Of a stretch of DNA of 64,000 nt, positions 46,101 to 54,862 are shown piece by piece (the first letter of the stretch is position 1; every line of letters starts with the position of its first letter). The DNA is taken from the IMG/VR virus record IMGVR_UViG_3300036820_000011, positions 1 to 64,000 of that record; one strand, 5' to 3'. The notes under the pieces were generated by a model. It ran no database searches and was not told where the DNA came from. It was given only the letters and a program-made list of their open reading frames with translations. The translations under genes and the position numbers were made by a program. The stretch is from a virus.

Positions 46101-46405
46101 CCGAAGATGTTCGCCTGGACCGGAGCGAGCCCGCCCAGCATGTCCGTGGCGGCAGCGATGATCCCCGCTCGCAGGTCGGCGGAGTAGATCGATGCGTTCG
46201 GGCCCAGGTAGTAGAGCGTGCAGTGCAGTTCGGCTGCCGCCTCGCCTCCCTTGACCGCCAGCCGCTTGGCATCGGCAGGCGTTGGCATCAGCGCGATCAT
46301 GCAGCCGGTGTGGGCGACGGCACTGGCGTCACCGTTCGCCAGCGCGGTCCGGCGGCCGTGGGCGGACTGCACGTGGTGGCCGCGCTGGTGGAAGTCCTCA
46401 GGCAT
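43184..46405 (-). CDS. 2H-phosphoesterase + MuF-like + capsid maturation protease fusion
   Basis: LHCTLYYLG and HICAAY (2H); D.RTC.NC..IDG...C.GG.NCRG (MuF); W.G..A.EG..SGDGR.F, G.ID, GVSID, IPAF.EA, SGDWR (protease). Confidence 0.85.
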   Translation of the reverse strand: MPEDFHQRGHHVQSAHGRRTALANGDASAVAHTGCMIALMPTPADAKRLAVKGGEAAAELHCTLYYLGPNASIYSADLRAGIIAAATDMLGGLAPVQANIFGIGHWNGTGSSPSWIWNIGDDPAVDCPDLEHIHGTVDAVLDAVLGSDPDDVNAPDQHTPWAAHICAAYTDDLTLAPTLEKALGPVTFDRVRVSFGSEDTDIPLSGSSGVTAAAKVKPPKHPGEFRRLPNATEQAAKVDFAQHQRSWDTAVSGALHDWKGITADWRNQIYNQISLGGADDLGSLSVDTSAAAEVLYQRMTIVAQAAGKAQQREAEQQGVTVGDWSLTASLKGLDLLRSVSQLTSRTLGTRLVQSAVQRAMSLLGTFSGIRLASEIEQFLQSLTDAFEKQWLGNAMSSAQNAGRIAVLEAAPAATYYATELMDDRTCSNCTAIDGKAFSSLDDAESAYPGGGYIDCLGGGNCRGTIYAVWDQGMLASAEEETTVTTVTEEELGGKPSTGTAKDKRLKANKPNGSTAPGSEMSEINGAPCADCPDDAAHFASGPSVSDAPWDGAASRFSDQQYKTASAACDPGDEPPKTACFLPHHEPDGELSRAGLGAAAGRFSGLKGHSPAAVAAAKSHLVAHYHAIGEPVPDNLSATGHSHLFVPEPAAPAPVAMPEGGQTAPWEGVLAPEGKTSGDGREFAPDALTWRDLPIPLRWNRVDSHGGEPRTEAVNVGRIDSINRDGGLIKASGVFDLSTPDGQTAYSKVQNQMLRGVSIDADSIKDADVEMIYPQVDGEDPDADPFLALFAPPDKVIYHGGRISAATLCDIPAFAEAYIQLTDPDTGSVVAGGAMDPAEWEAAQPEPEALVAYAAPVMDYAPPAEWFENPGLNLWTDITVTADGRVYGHAAAKGSCHIGYANQCVTMPVEDQHAYYLTGEILCDDDTTVAVGQITIATGHASPNAGAQAAVDHYDHTGAVVADVTCGNDSVGIWVAGAIRPDADPAKVAALRASGRVSGDWRRIGGKLRLVGLLGVNVGGFAAPSPRVRVASGVLQSLVAAGSPPPRTVELSEEDLDQQAMQRVMAMLVRKVKR

Positions 46406-48692
46406 GGCTGGTGCCGTTCACCCGGGGCACCGACGGCTGGAGCACGGTGGAGACCATGTGCGTGGTGTCCAGGTAGGGGTTCATGCCGTCGATCCGCAGC
46501 AGTCCGAAGGCGTCCAGGTGGCAGACGTACGTGCCCGGCGCGCCGGGCCGGGCCACAGGCGCGTCGGTGACCACCGCGTGGGTGAACGGGCAGCTGTAGG
46601 CGTACTCGGTGCACACCGCCGGGTGCTTGAGGTCCCAGCGGCCGTCAGTCCGGAAGACCAGCGCGTGCTGGGTGCTGGACTGCTGGGCGCGCAGTTCGGC
46701 CGACGCCGTCTTGGACGGCGGCGTACCTCCGGACGGTGGCGGACTGCTGCCTGCCTGCGGCGGGCCGCCCGGAGGCGCGCCCGCGACCGGCGGCCCCTCG
46801 TCCACGGGCTCCGGCTGACCGGGCTCGGGAACGGGCCCGGCGATCTCGGACACCGCACCGGGGCCCGCCGTGGCGGGCACCATCAGGTCTTCGCCGATCA
46901 GCAGGTCGAACGCTGCCGGGGTCGCCCCGTGGGTGAGCCGGATCATGGACTTCAGACCCATGTTCTTCAGATCCTCGGTCGTCGGCGCGTCGTCCTCATC
47001 GAACCCGGCCTCGCGCCGGTACGCCTTCGGGGACAACTCCATCCGGTCGAACGCCTCCATGGCGTTCTGCGACCGGTCGGGGCGCAGGGTCAGCTCCGAC
47101 ATGTCGTACCAGGTCACGATGTCCGTGGCGTCCACGCCGGGCGTGGCCGTCAGTCGGGGGGTGAGGTAGCCCTTGGTCAGTGAGTCGCAGATGATCTCAG
47201 CATAGGGGGCAATATGGACTTTGAGACCACTCTCCTCAACTGCCCATGCGCTGTTCCCGGTGTAGAAGACGTGGCCGTTGTCCTCAGCCAGCCAGGTGCC
47301 GTTCCCCGTGGTGGGGCACCAGACCGTTCCGGTGTACGGCTCACTGGAAATGACCGCTGCTGCCAGGTCTCCGTCATCCGCGTTCCACGTCAGCAGATGA
47401 CGATCAGAAATGTCGTATGCATCACGGAGATCTGCGCTCGTCATCCACGTACGCGCACCACTCCGGGTAACCACCGGCCAACGGTGCGCCTCAGTGGACA
47501 GGGATTCGTGACCCGGGGTCTTGATCCGCACCATGGTCTCGGCGGTGACATCCCAGGTGTTGATCGCCTCAAGCGGCTGCCACTCGGACAGTCCGGTGGC
47601 GTGGTTGAGCGTCAGTACTGCATCCCCGACCGCGAGATCCTTCCGGTACGCCCAGCCGGTCTGGGTCCAGATACGGACATGATCCGGCACGCACCAGTGA
47701 TTCGCATCAGCAAGCCCCAGCATCACGTCCGAGGGAATGTCCAGCTTGGTGGCCAGACGCCGGATCACCTGGTCCCGCTTCTCCAGGATCTGGTCATCGA
47801 TCTTGAGTGTGAAATCGATCAGCTTGATGTCGCCGATGAACTCGGCGGGCACCCGCAGCGGGATCGGCACGACCGAGGACGCGGTGCCCGGCTTCTTGAT
47901 CGCGGTGGCAGCGATCTCGATCCACTCGGACATGAACGGGTCCTCCTGGTCCGCGAACTCCTCGCGCACCGGGAACGTGATCTCGTCCGGGAGGATCAGC
48001 ACTCCGGCGGAGGCCAGCCGGGACAGGTACTGGGCGGTGATGTGCCGGTTGACCAGCTCCAGCTCCTGCATGATCGTCAGTGCGGAGCGGGCCGGGCTGT
48101 CGGCCAGGTGGTAGAACCGGGCGTGCGGCTGCCAGACCCGGATCACGGCGGAATCGGGGGCCAGGTTGCGCCACTTGTTGCCCAGCAGCGGGTTGTACTC
48201 CTCGGTGACCTGGTACTGGCCGCCCATGGCGCGGACCTCGTCCACGGCCCGGACCATCCAGTTCTCGGTGCCGTCCGGCTGTGTCTCGCCGATCAGGTAG
48301 CACTCGCCCGGGACGGCCAGGTGGACCGTGAGCCGACGCATGATCTCGGACTTGCCGCCGATCCCCTTGCCCAGTTTCTGGATCAGCTCAGCAGGGAGAC
48401 CGGTGTCCAGCACGGTGGGCTCGTCGTTGTCCGGTGCGAGCTGCCCGGCGCGGAGCCGGACCCGGCTCATCATGTTCGCCAGCCAGGTCACGGCGTAGTT
48501 GAACTCGCCCAGGGTGTCGTAGTAGCCCCAGCACTCGTTCTGCCAGCGGTCGGTGTGCCGCAGGTACTGCGCGAGCGGTGCCTCGGCCGGAACGGCGGCG
48601 GCCGTGAGCGACCTGGCCCGGAAGGCGGCAGGTACCGCTGGTCCGGCCGGGGCGGGCAGCGTGCGGTTGAACTTGAAGTTGTACCAAGCCAC
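46398..48692 (-). CDS. Portal protein with mini-intein
   Basis: WQ.ECW.YYD..GE.....W.....SR.RL; L.VPGE; W.PH......DSP; SRLA.AG; R...IRRLA..LD.P. Confidence 0.88.
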   Translation of the reverse strand: MAWYNFKFNRTLPAPAGPAVPAAFRARSLTAAAVPAEAPLAQYLRHTDRWQNECWGYYDTLGEFNYAVTWLANMMSRVRLRAGQLAPDNDEPTVLDTGLPAELIQKLGKGIGGKSEIMRRLTVHLAVPGECYLIGETQPDGTENWMVRAVDEVRAMGGQYQVTEEYNPLLGNKWRNLAPDSAVIRVWQPHARFYHLADSPARSALTIMQELELVNRHITAQYLSRLASAGVLILPDEITFPVREEFADQEDPFMSEWIEIAATAIKKPGTASSVVPIPLRVPAEFIGDIKLIDFTLKIDDQILEKRDQVIRRLATKLDIPSDVMLGLADANHWCVPDHVRIWTQTGWAYRKDLAVGDAVLTLNHATGLSEWQPLEAINTWDVTAETMVRIKTPGHESLSTEAHRWPVVTRSGARTWMTSADLRDAYDISDRHLLTWNADDGDLAAAVISSEPYTGTVWCPTTGNGTWLAEDNGHVFYTGNSAWAVEESGLKVHIAPYAEIICDSLTKGYLTPRLTATPGVDATDIVTWYDMSELTLRPDRSQNAMEAFDRMELSPKAYRREAGFDEDDAPTTEDLKNMGLKSMIRLTHGATPAAFDLLIGEDLMVPATAGPGAVSEIAGPVPEPGQPEPVDEGPPVAGAPPGGPPQAGSSPPPSGGTPPSKTASAELRAQQSSTQHALVFRTDGRWDLKHPAVCTEYAYSCPFTHAVVTDAPVARPGAPGTYVCHLDAFGLLRIDGMNPYLDTTHMVSTVLQPSVPRVNGTSHA
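47253..47693 (-). mobile_element. Mini-intein (147 aa) in portal
   Basis: NHW|CVPDHVRIWTQTGW...TEAHRW...VWCPTTGNGTW......FYTGN|SAW. Confidence 0.9.
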
Positions 48693-48765
48693 GGTGTACG
48701 CCTCCCTGCCTGTCGGCTGGGAGCAGCGTACCGTCTGGCAGCCCGGCAGCATCCCGGGAAGGCCG

Positions 48766-49041
48766 TCAGTGCGGCAGGATCAGCCCGTTCATCTCGCTGA
48801 TCTTCTTACTGATCACGTCCCGCCAGTTCATCGCGTCGTCCTTGGCCAGCGGGACCGACAGCGTGGTGTTGGCCACCCGGAAGGTCAGCATCAGCCGCTG
48901 GCCCTTGGGGCTGTCCACCAGCTCGGCGTCCAGCATGGCCGGGTAGTCGCTGATGTAGGGGTTGCTCGGGTCCATCAGGAAGTGCGGGGCCTGCGGCGGG
49001 GCGGGCACCGCCTGCGGCGGCATACCGTTCGGCGGCGTCAT
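48766..49041 (-). CDS. Hypothetical protein
   Basis: ATGA overlap; high GC3. Confidence 0.6.
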   Translation of the reverse strand: MTPPNGMPPQAVPAPPQAPHFLMDPSNPYISDYPAMLDAELVDSPKGQRLMLTFRVANTTLSVPLAKDDAMNWRDVISKKISEMNGLILPH

Positions 49042-49634
49042 CGGGCCAGCACCACCTGGAACAGGCCCACCTGCTCATGGCGCTCGATCTCCCAGCCCGC
49101 TCTGCTGATCATGTTCGCGTACCCCTCCGTGTCCCACGCCCAGGCGTGCTCCGGGCAGTGGTTGCCCGGTCCCTCGTTCCAGGGGCTGGAGCAGACCAGC
49201 CGCTGCGCCCCTGCCGCTCTGGCCCAGCCGAGTGCGGTCAGCGGTTCGGCGATGTGCTCCAGCACCTCGGTCATGACCACGATGTCCCCGAGCACCGACC
49301 GCTGGCGGTCGGCCCCGAAGACGTCGCGCTGCCAGGCCCGGACACCGCGCTCCTTCCAGCCCGCCGCGTTCGTCGGCTGGAAGTCGTACCCCCAGGCGTC
49401 CAGACCCGGCAGGCCCTGCACCAGCGACAGCAGGCCGCCGTCACCGCAGCCCAGGTCGGACAGCGTCGCCAAGTTGTCCAGCTCGGCGAACGCCTGCCGG
49501 ATGAAGTCGGCGGCCCGCTCCAGCCGGGGACGGTGGCCCTCCTGCTCCAGGTGCGGAGCCCTGGGCCGGTCGGCGTGGAAGGCGGCCGTCGAGACGTACG
49601 GCACGTCCTCGGTGGTCAGTCGGTGCTCGGTCAC
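49038..49634 (-). CDS. Class I SAM-dependent methyltransferase
   Basis: DLGCGDG.LL, GYD, EVLEH..P, H.WAW. Confidence 0.88.
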   Translation of the reverse strand: MTEHRLTTEDVPYVSTAAFHADRPRAPHLEQEGHRPRLERAADFIRQAFAELDNLATLSDLGCGDGGLLSLVQGLPGLDAWGYDFQPTNAAGWKERGVRAWQRDVFGADRQRSVLGDIVVMTEVLEHIAEPLTALGWARAAGAQRLVCSSPWNEGPGNHCPEHAWAWDTEGYANMISRAGWEIERHEQVGLFQVVLAR

Positions 49635-49831
49635 GGGGCACGGTCCTCTATCGGGTCGGGCACGCCGCCGGGGCAGTCGGCGGGGCCCTTGGCGGTGTTG
49701 CGCCGGTGCGGCTGCACCCGGAATCCGGCGGTGCCGACCATGCGGCTGCCGATCCGGCGCACCTCGTGGCAGCTCGGGCAGTAGTAGCGGGGCACGCTCT
49801 CCCAGCGCCGCCGGGCCCTGGTGTCGGACAT
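49631..49831 (-). CDS. Small Zn-binding protein
   Basis: CPSC...H......CPG. Confidence 0.5.
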   Translation of the reverse strand: MSDTRARRRWESVPRYYCPSCHEVRRIGSRMVGTAGFRVQPHRRNTAKGPADCPGGVPDPIEDRAP

Positions 49832-49856
49832 CGACGGCGGATTGTTGGCGGTGTCC

Positions 49857-50378
49857 TCAAGCAGACTGGGCACGGGTCTGCTCCTGCTGGTCGTAGAGCT
49901 TGTGAAGATCACCAGGTGTGATCGACCCCACCCACCGGTTGTCGGTGAACAGGTGCCAGCCTCCGGCCTGGGCGGCGGCGTCGGCCAACTGGCTGCAGAT
50001 CATGTGTCCCGTGCTGGCGATGTACGCCTTGAGCTGCGGATACGGGATGTGCACCCGGTGCGCGGCGATGGCGGCGTAGTCCAGGAAGCTGTACGGCGTG
50101 CCCAGATAGGTGATCGCGGCAGCGGCCACCGCCGGGCCGAACTCCGGCGGGCAGCGCAGCCACTCGATCGTGTCCGTGGCGTACTCCCGGATGTCCGCCT
50201 TCCGTGCACCGCCCGGCTCGGCCTCGATCAGCAGGCCACTGCCGATGAAGACGAAAGCGTGCTCGTAGTCGGCGAAGCCGTCCCCGTTGAGCCACTGCCC
50301 GAACCGGATGCCGAAGCCGACCTCTCCGCCGATCTGAGTCAGCCCGATGTCCCCGGGCTGCGGGATGTAAGGGCTCAT
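49857..50378 (-). CDS. Permuted NlpC/P60 (YiiX/YebB-like) papain-like hydrolase
   Basis: PGDIG...Y.HA.V......IEA.P.G...G.PY.......ICSQL........TPGDL. Confidence 0.82.
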   Translation of the reverse strand: MSPYIPQPGDIGLTQIGGEVGFGIRFGQWLNGDGFADYEHAFVFIGSGLLIEAEPGGARKADIREYATDTIEWLRCPPEFGPAVAAAAITYLGTPYSFLDYAAIAAHRVHIPYPQLKAYIASTGHMICSQLADAAAQAGGWHLFTDNRWVGSITPGDLHKLYDQQEQTRAQSA

Positions 50379-50379
50379 A

Positions 50380-50649
50380 TCACAGGTCTGCCGGGTCGAT
50401 CACACCGAGAACCAGGGCCAGCTTTCCGAGCAGCACGGTGGCGTCCGCTTCGGTCATCGTGCCGGATGTGGCGAACACCGGCGAGGCAAAGCCTCCCGCA
50501 GCTGCGGTGTCCGGGATGTTCCCCTGAACCACGTAGTACGTGCCGTCGTTCGGATTGGCCGCCACATACAGGCTGAGCAGGGTGCCCGTGTTGATCGGGG
50601 TACCGTTCCAATCCTTGAACCACATAGCGCTCTCCTTCGAGTCGGTCAT
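50380..50649 (-). CDS. Hypothetical protein
   Basis: ORF in operon. Confidence 0.55.
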   Translation of the reverse strand: MTDSKESAMWFKDWNGTPINTGTLLSLYVAANPNDGTYYVVQGNIPDTAAAGGFASPVFATSGTMTEADATVLLGKLALVLGVIDPADL

Positions 50650-50964
50650 GCCATCTTCCTCGATCCGATCGGTACGGCTCCGGCCCACACGGCGAAACCG
50701 CTCACGACCCGGCCCCCGTGGTCCCGGACCGGCGCGCTGCCTTGCGCAGACGGCGTGCCTGCGCCGGGGTCGGCCGGAACTCCTCCTGGCGGTTCTGCCT
50801 GTGGTAGGCGCTGACGCGCGCTGCCGTGGTCATCTTTTTCGGTACCCTGCTCACTCTCGCTCCTTCTCTCGACATCGGCAGGGAGGCGGCTTGCGCACGT
50901 CACGGCTGTCCGTCGGCCTGTCCCCTGCACGGAGGGGCGGATATCGACGGAGGTGCCGTTCAGC

Positions 50965-51381
50965 TCACGCGCCCGTCCTCCATGACGCCAGCAGTGCCGC
51001 AGCCCCCCACACGGCGGGTCCCGCCAGCCAGGGTGCGGGCAGACTGGTGGTCAGTGCGGTGGCGGCCGTCACGGCTCCGGCGAGCCATCCGGATGTGCAC
51101 CACGGACAGGTAATCAGTTCGGCGAGCCAGTGCGGTGACCAGGCCGCCCGGACCACGAACCGGTTCTCCACCTTGTTGATGTCCCGGTGGGCGAACGGCT
51201 CCGGCGCACCCGCGTCCCTCGGCTTCGCCAGGAGCAGCCACTCCGGTTCCGTCATCGGACGCCAGCCCCCGGCCAGGTGATCGCGTAGCGCGAGCACGGG
51301 CGGGAAGTCGTCCGTGGTGACCAAGCGGGTCAGCCGGAAGACCGTGAACACCATCAGGACCAGCAGGAGCCATGCGGGCAT
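50965..51381 (-). CDS. DUF1360-like membrane protein
   Basis: RLTRLVT.D....LR ... L.ELITCPWC.S.W. Confidence 0.8.
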   Translation of the reverse strand: MPAWLLLVLMVFTVFRLTRLVTTDDFPPVLALRDHLAGGWRPMTEPEWLLLAKPRDAGAPEPFAHRDINKVENRFVVRAAWSPHWLAELITCPWCTSGWLAGAVTAATALTTSLPAPWLAGPAVWGAAALLASWRTGA

Positions 51382-51563
51382 CAGTGCTTCGGCCTCCAGC
51401 GCATGGAGCCCGGAGGGGTCTCGTTCCGCAGATGGGTGCCGTGCTCCCGGTTCCAGCGGGCCAGTTCCTGCTCGGCGATGTGCCAGTCGGAGGGCACGAC
51501 CTCGGTCCAGGCATCGGGAGTGGGCCGCAGCGCCTTCCGCATCCGGTCCCAGAACCTGATCAC
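51381..51563 (-). CDS. Hypothetical protein
   Basis: Overlaps both neighbours. Confidence 0.5.
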   Translation of the reverse strand: MIRFWDRMRKALRPTPDAWTEVVPSDWHIAEQELARWNREHGTHLRNETPPGSMRWRPKH

Positions 51564-51901
51564 TGGCCGCTCTTGGCGGTCGGCGTGACACCGTGGCGGG
51601 TGATCAGCATCAGGACGGCGAGGACCAGCATGTTGACCGCGCCCACCGTGGCGGTGCTCACGTGCAGGTTGAACGCGGCCACCAGGTCGGCGACGGCTGT
51701 CACCAGTCCGGTGAAGGCGGCCGGGGCGATCGGCCTGGTGGCGACGGCAGCGACCACGGCGAAGACAGCGGTGATCACTGCGGTGATCGCACCCGCCTTG
51801 TCGGTGGTGAGATGGAACGCACCCAGGGTGACCAGCAGTCCGAGTGCAGAGCTGATGACCGTGGTGAGCAGGACGGGCTCGTCGCCCAGGTTCAGCCGCA
51901 T
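51560..51901 (-). CDS. Putative holin
   Basis: EPV start, 4 hydrophobic segments, R..VTP C-terminus typical of actinophage holins. Confidence 0.65.
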   Translation of the reverse strand: MRLNLGDEPVLLTTVISSALGLLVTLGAFHLTTDKAGAITAVITAVFAVVAAVATRPIAPAAFTGLVTAVADLVAAFNLHVSTATVGAVNMLVLAVLMLITRHGVTPTAKSGQ

Positions 51902-51931
51902 GGAGTTCCTTCGATCGACGGAATGTCCCGG

Positions 51932-53788
51932 TCAGAGTATGACACTGCGCAGGTTCACTTCACCGATCTGCCGCGAGGCCGCCTCACCGCCGCCGAGACG
52001 GCCCATGCCCGCCGACGTGGTGTGCGCCAGTTTCAGTGCCCATGCTGCCCAGACACTGTTGTGCACCAGAATCCCGTTGGCGAAGAACTCCGGCACTTCC
52101 TCCACCGTCAGGTCATAGACCGGCTGCCTTGTTCCGAGCGCGCAGATACGCTCCACAGGAGCTGGAGCAAGTAGCGGGTACCGGTCTGAAGGTGATGCCG
52201 TTGGAGACAACTGACTCAATTCCGGGTGCCATGCCCCCGGGCTGTCGCCCCAGACTATTGCGTCCAGTCTTACGAACCCCTTTCCGAGCACCCATACCCG
52301 GTGGTTGGCCGTCCCGGTGAGAGACCCGCCCGGGGTGTCCACCCGGAGGACTTCAGCGCTGGGCGACGTCATCCAGGAGCGCAGGACGCACCGCCATCCC
52401 TGCCGTGTCATCACCTGGTCGTCCGTGGTCACCGCTTCGATCGGGACTTGCCCTCGGCGAGTGGTGACCAGAGTCCCCGCTACCAGGCAGGCGTCCACAC
52501 GGTCCGGGCTCCAGTTGAGTTCCGGATGCCAAGTGACCATCTGGTCCTCCAGCGCCTCGAAGGTGCCCGCGTGGTGCCAGCGGCCCTGGGCCGTCATCGC
52601 GCTGACCGGCTGCGCCCGGATCACCTTGCCCCGGGACGCGGTGACCTTGCGCACCGGGATGCTGACGCCCAGCGCCTCGGCTGCGGATCTCAGTGTTGAC
52701 ACGCACATATCACCTCCGAAGTTCACCTCGCAGACCACCTCGTGCGCCTGCCAGTCGACAGCAGCCTGGATAGCCCGCTTGCCCCAGCCGTCCGGAGACA
52801 GGTGGCAGGTGCGATCGTCCAGGACGTAGCCCTGGTGCTGCGGGCGGGTCGACACCGGCAGGTCGATGTCCGGGTCCACCGGCATGGCAGAGGACGGGAG
52901 CAGCAGTTTCGACCGACCGGCGACCACGATGCCCTGCTCGCCCGCACCGCCGGACGGGTCGACACCGACCACGATCCGGCTGAGGTCCGGCAGACCGGCA
53001 GCAGGCACCCGGGCCGCGTCGATCGTGGCCATCTTCCACAGGGCGTTGACGTCCTCGCCGATCAGCTGGCCCATGAGTTCCTGGCGGCCGAGCTGGGTCC
53101 CGCCGTAGGCGTCCTCCAGTGCCTCGCGGACCTCCAGCGGCAGGTGCGGGTTGTCGTAGGTGGACGCCCGGGTGACGACCGTGTTCGGGATCTCGCCGCG
53201 TTCCAGCCGCTTGATCAGCGGACGGGACTTCGGAGTGGTCGACGCCACCCAGTGCGGATGCGGTCCCGTACGCAACCCGAATCGCATGTGGTCCCAGCAG
53301 TCATCCAAATACCTCCAGGCTGCTAGCTCCTCAAGCCAATTCAAGCATCGATTTCCGCCACTCCTTAGTCGTTCTACATCTTCCGGGTTATTCGTACCGA
53401 ACAGCTTCGCCTCACTGCCGTTGGGCCACAGGATCGACAGCCCGCCGGGGCGCTGCACCATCCGGGCGTCGGGGGAGTGCACCCGGATGCCGGACGGCCC
53501 GGAGAAGCAGGACGTGGCCGCGTCACCGAGGGTCGGTGCGATGATCCCGATCCAGTGCGGGACAGGGCCGGGCAGGCAGGGCGGTCCCTTGACGTGCTGG
53601 GAGATGTAGTTGGCGCATACATCAGTTTTTCCAGCCCCCCGGCCTGCAAGGGTTACCCAGCCAGCGAAGCCGGGCGGTGGCGGGACCTGGTGCGGCAGCG
53701 GTGTCCAGCGCGGCGACGACAGCTGGCTGATCTGCTGCGCCAGCTTGTCCGCTGCCTTGGCCGCTACCTCCTGCGGACCGCCCGCCAT
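51932..53788 (-). CDS. terL: Terminase large subunit with mini-intein
   Basis: AGRGAGKT Walker A, WLEELA Walker B, TTP, T.DNP.L, GRQEL, VGVDP, E.N.GG, SPDR.DA. Confidence 0.93.
   Translation of the reverse strand: MAGGPQEVAAKAADKLAQQISQLSSPRWTPLPHQVPPPPGFAGWVTLAGRGAGKTDVCANYISQHVKGPPCLPGPVPHWIGIIAPTLGDAATSCFSGPSGIRVHSPDARMVQRPGGLSILWPNGSEAKLFGTNNPEDVERLRSGGNRCLNWLEELAAWRYLDDCWDHMRFGLRTGPHPHWVASTTPKSRPLIKRLERGEIPNTVVTRASTYDNPHLPLEVREALEDAYGGTQLGRQELMGQLIGEDVNALWKMATIDAARVPAAGLPDLSRIVVGVDPSGGAGEQGIVVAGRSKLLLPSSAMPVDPDIDLPVSTRPQHQGYVLDDRTCHLSPDGWGKRAIQAAVDWQAHEVVCEVNFGGDMCVSTLRSAAEALGVSIPVRKVTASRGKVIRAQPVSAMTAQGRWHHAGTFEALEDQMVTWHPELNWSPDRVDACLVAGTLVTTRRGQVPIEAVTTDDQVMTRQGWRCVLRSWMTSPSAEVLRVDTPGGSLTGTANHRVWVLGKGFVRLDAIVWGDSPGAWHPELSQLSPTASPSDRYPLLAPAPVERICALGTRQPVYDLTVEEVPEFFANGILVHNSVWAAWALKLAHTTSAGMGRLGGGEAASRQIGEVNLRSVIL
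52058..52489 (-). mobile_element. Mini-intein (144 aa) in the terminase nuclease domain
   Basis: DA|CLVAGTLVTT.RG...T.NHRV...VYDLTVE...EFFANGILVHN|S. Confidence 0.92.
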
Positions 53789-53790
53789 GG

Positions 53791-54846
53791 CTAGGCAGCC
53801 GCCCAGACCCGGGCGTAGTCCACCAGCATGGTCGTCGGCGTGACGTGCGGTCCGCCGTAGGTGCCCGAGGTGTTGTTCAAGATCATAAACATCGGGGCGT
53901 CGGTGATGCCCTGGGACACATTGCCGACCTTGACGCCGTCGTACCAGTAGTCGACGTTGCCCTCGGTCCAGTGGGCCGCGAACGTGTGCCAGCCGCTGCC
54001 GGTGTTCGAGCAGTTGCCGCTGGCACCGTTGTCCTGCGGGGACTGGAAGTGACAGCCGGTACCGCCGGACAGCCCCTCCATGACGTCCATCTCGCCAGTG
54101 GCTGGCCAGGCTCCGAGCCCGTCACACCAGGCCGCAGGCCAGTTGTAGACCGTCTCACCGCTGCCGGGCAGGAACACCCGGAATTCGACCACGCCGTAGG
54201 TGAAGGAGAACTGCTTGGACGACTCGACCAGCGCGCCGTACGCGGAGGTGAGAACCAGGTTCAGGCTGCCGCCGGACACCGAGACGTTCTTGGAGTCGTA
54301 GCCCTGGTCCTCCGCACCGTTGACGGGCCCGGTGAACTCGTTGCTCGACAGCCAGCCGTTGTTCCACTTGGTGGTGTCCAGCGCGGTGCCGTCGAACTCG
54401 TCACTGAAGACCAGGTCCCAGATGCCCGGGATGCCGGTCGGCACCGGGTTGTCCGGCACCGGCGGAGTAGGCGTCGGCGGCACTGGTACGGGCGGCACCG
54501 GCGGCACAGGCGGCGTGACGGACGCCGGAGTGACCACCAGGGTCCCGGACGGCTGCGGATGCCAGGTGCCGTTGATCTCGTACGAGCCGAAGATCTCATA
54601 GACCCCGGTCGGGAGCGACCGCATCCCGGACAGGTAGGTGGTCCCGGCCGGAATGATTGTAGCGGCGACCGCACCCGGGAAATCGAAGTTGTTCCCCAGG
54701 GCGTCCCGCACCGCGACTGTGACCCGGTCGGCGTGCAGGGAGGCCGTGGCCGACAGCCGCAGCATGGCCTGGGCCTGGACTCCGGCGGTCATGGCGGCGG
54801 GGCCGACGCTGTCCTGGGTGACGATGACAGGCGTGCTGCGTGACAT
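53791..54846 (-). CDS. Glycoside hydrolase family 16
   Basis: W.LVFSDEF.G..LD..KW, F.YG..E.R, WPA.W, WP..GEMDVME, WH.F...W......Y.DG. Confidence 0.9.
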   Translation of the reverse strand: MSRSTPVIVTQDSVGPAAMTAGVQAQAMLRLSATASLHADRVTVAVRDALGNNFDFPGAVAATIIPAGTTYLSGMRSLPTGVYEIFGSYEINGTWHPQPSGTLVVTPASVTPPVPPVPPVPVPPTPTPPVPDNPVPTGIPGIWDLVFSDEFDGTALDTTKWNNGWLSSNEFTGPVNGAEDQGYDSKNVSVSGGSLNLVLTSAYGALVESSKQFSFTYGVVEFRVFLPGSGETVYNWPAAWCDGLGAWPATGEMDVMEGLSGGTGCHFQSPQDNGASGNCSNTGSGWHTFAAHWTEGNVDYWYDGVKVGNVSQGITDAPMFMILNNTSGTYGGPHVTPTTMLVDYARVWAAA

Positions 54847-54862
54847 GGCGCTCCGATCCAGC

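Noticed and set aside
41016-46570. Long plus-strand ORFs (673 and 1009 aa)
   Set aside because: Antisense shadows of the capsid and protease genes.
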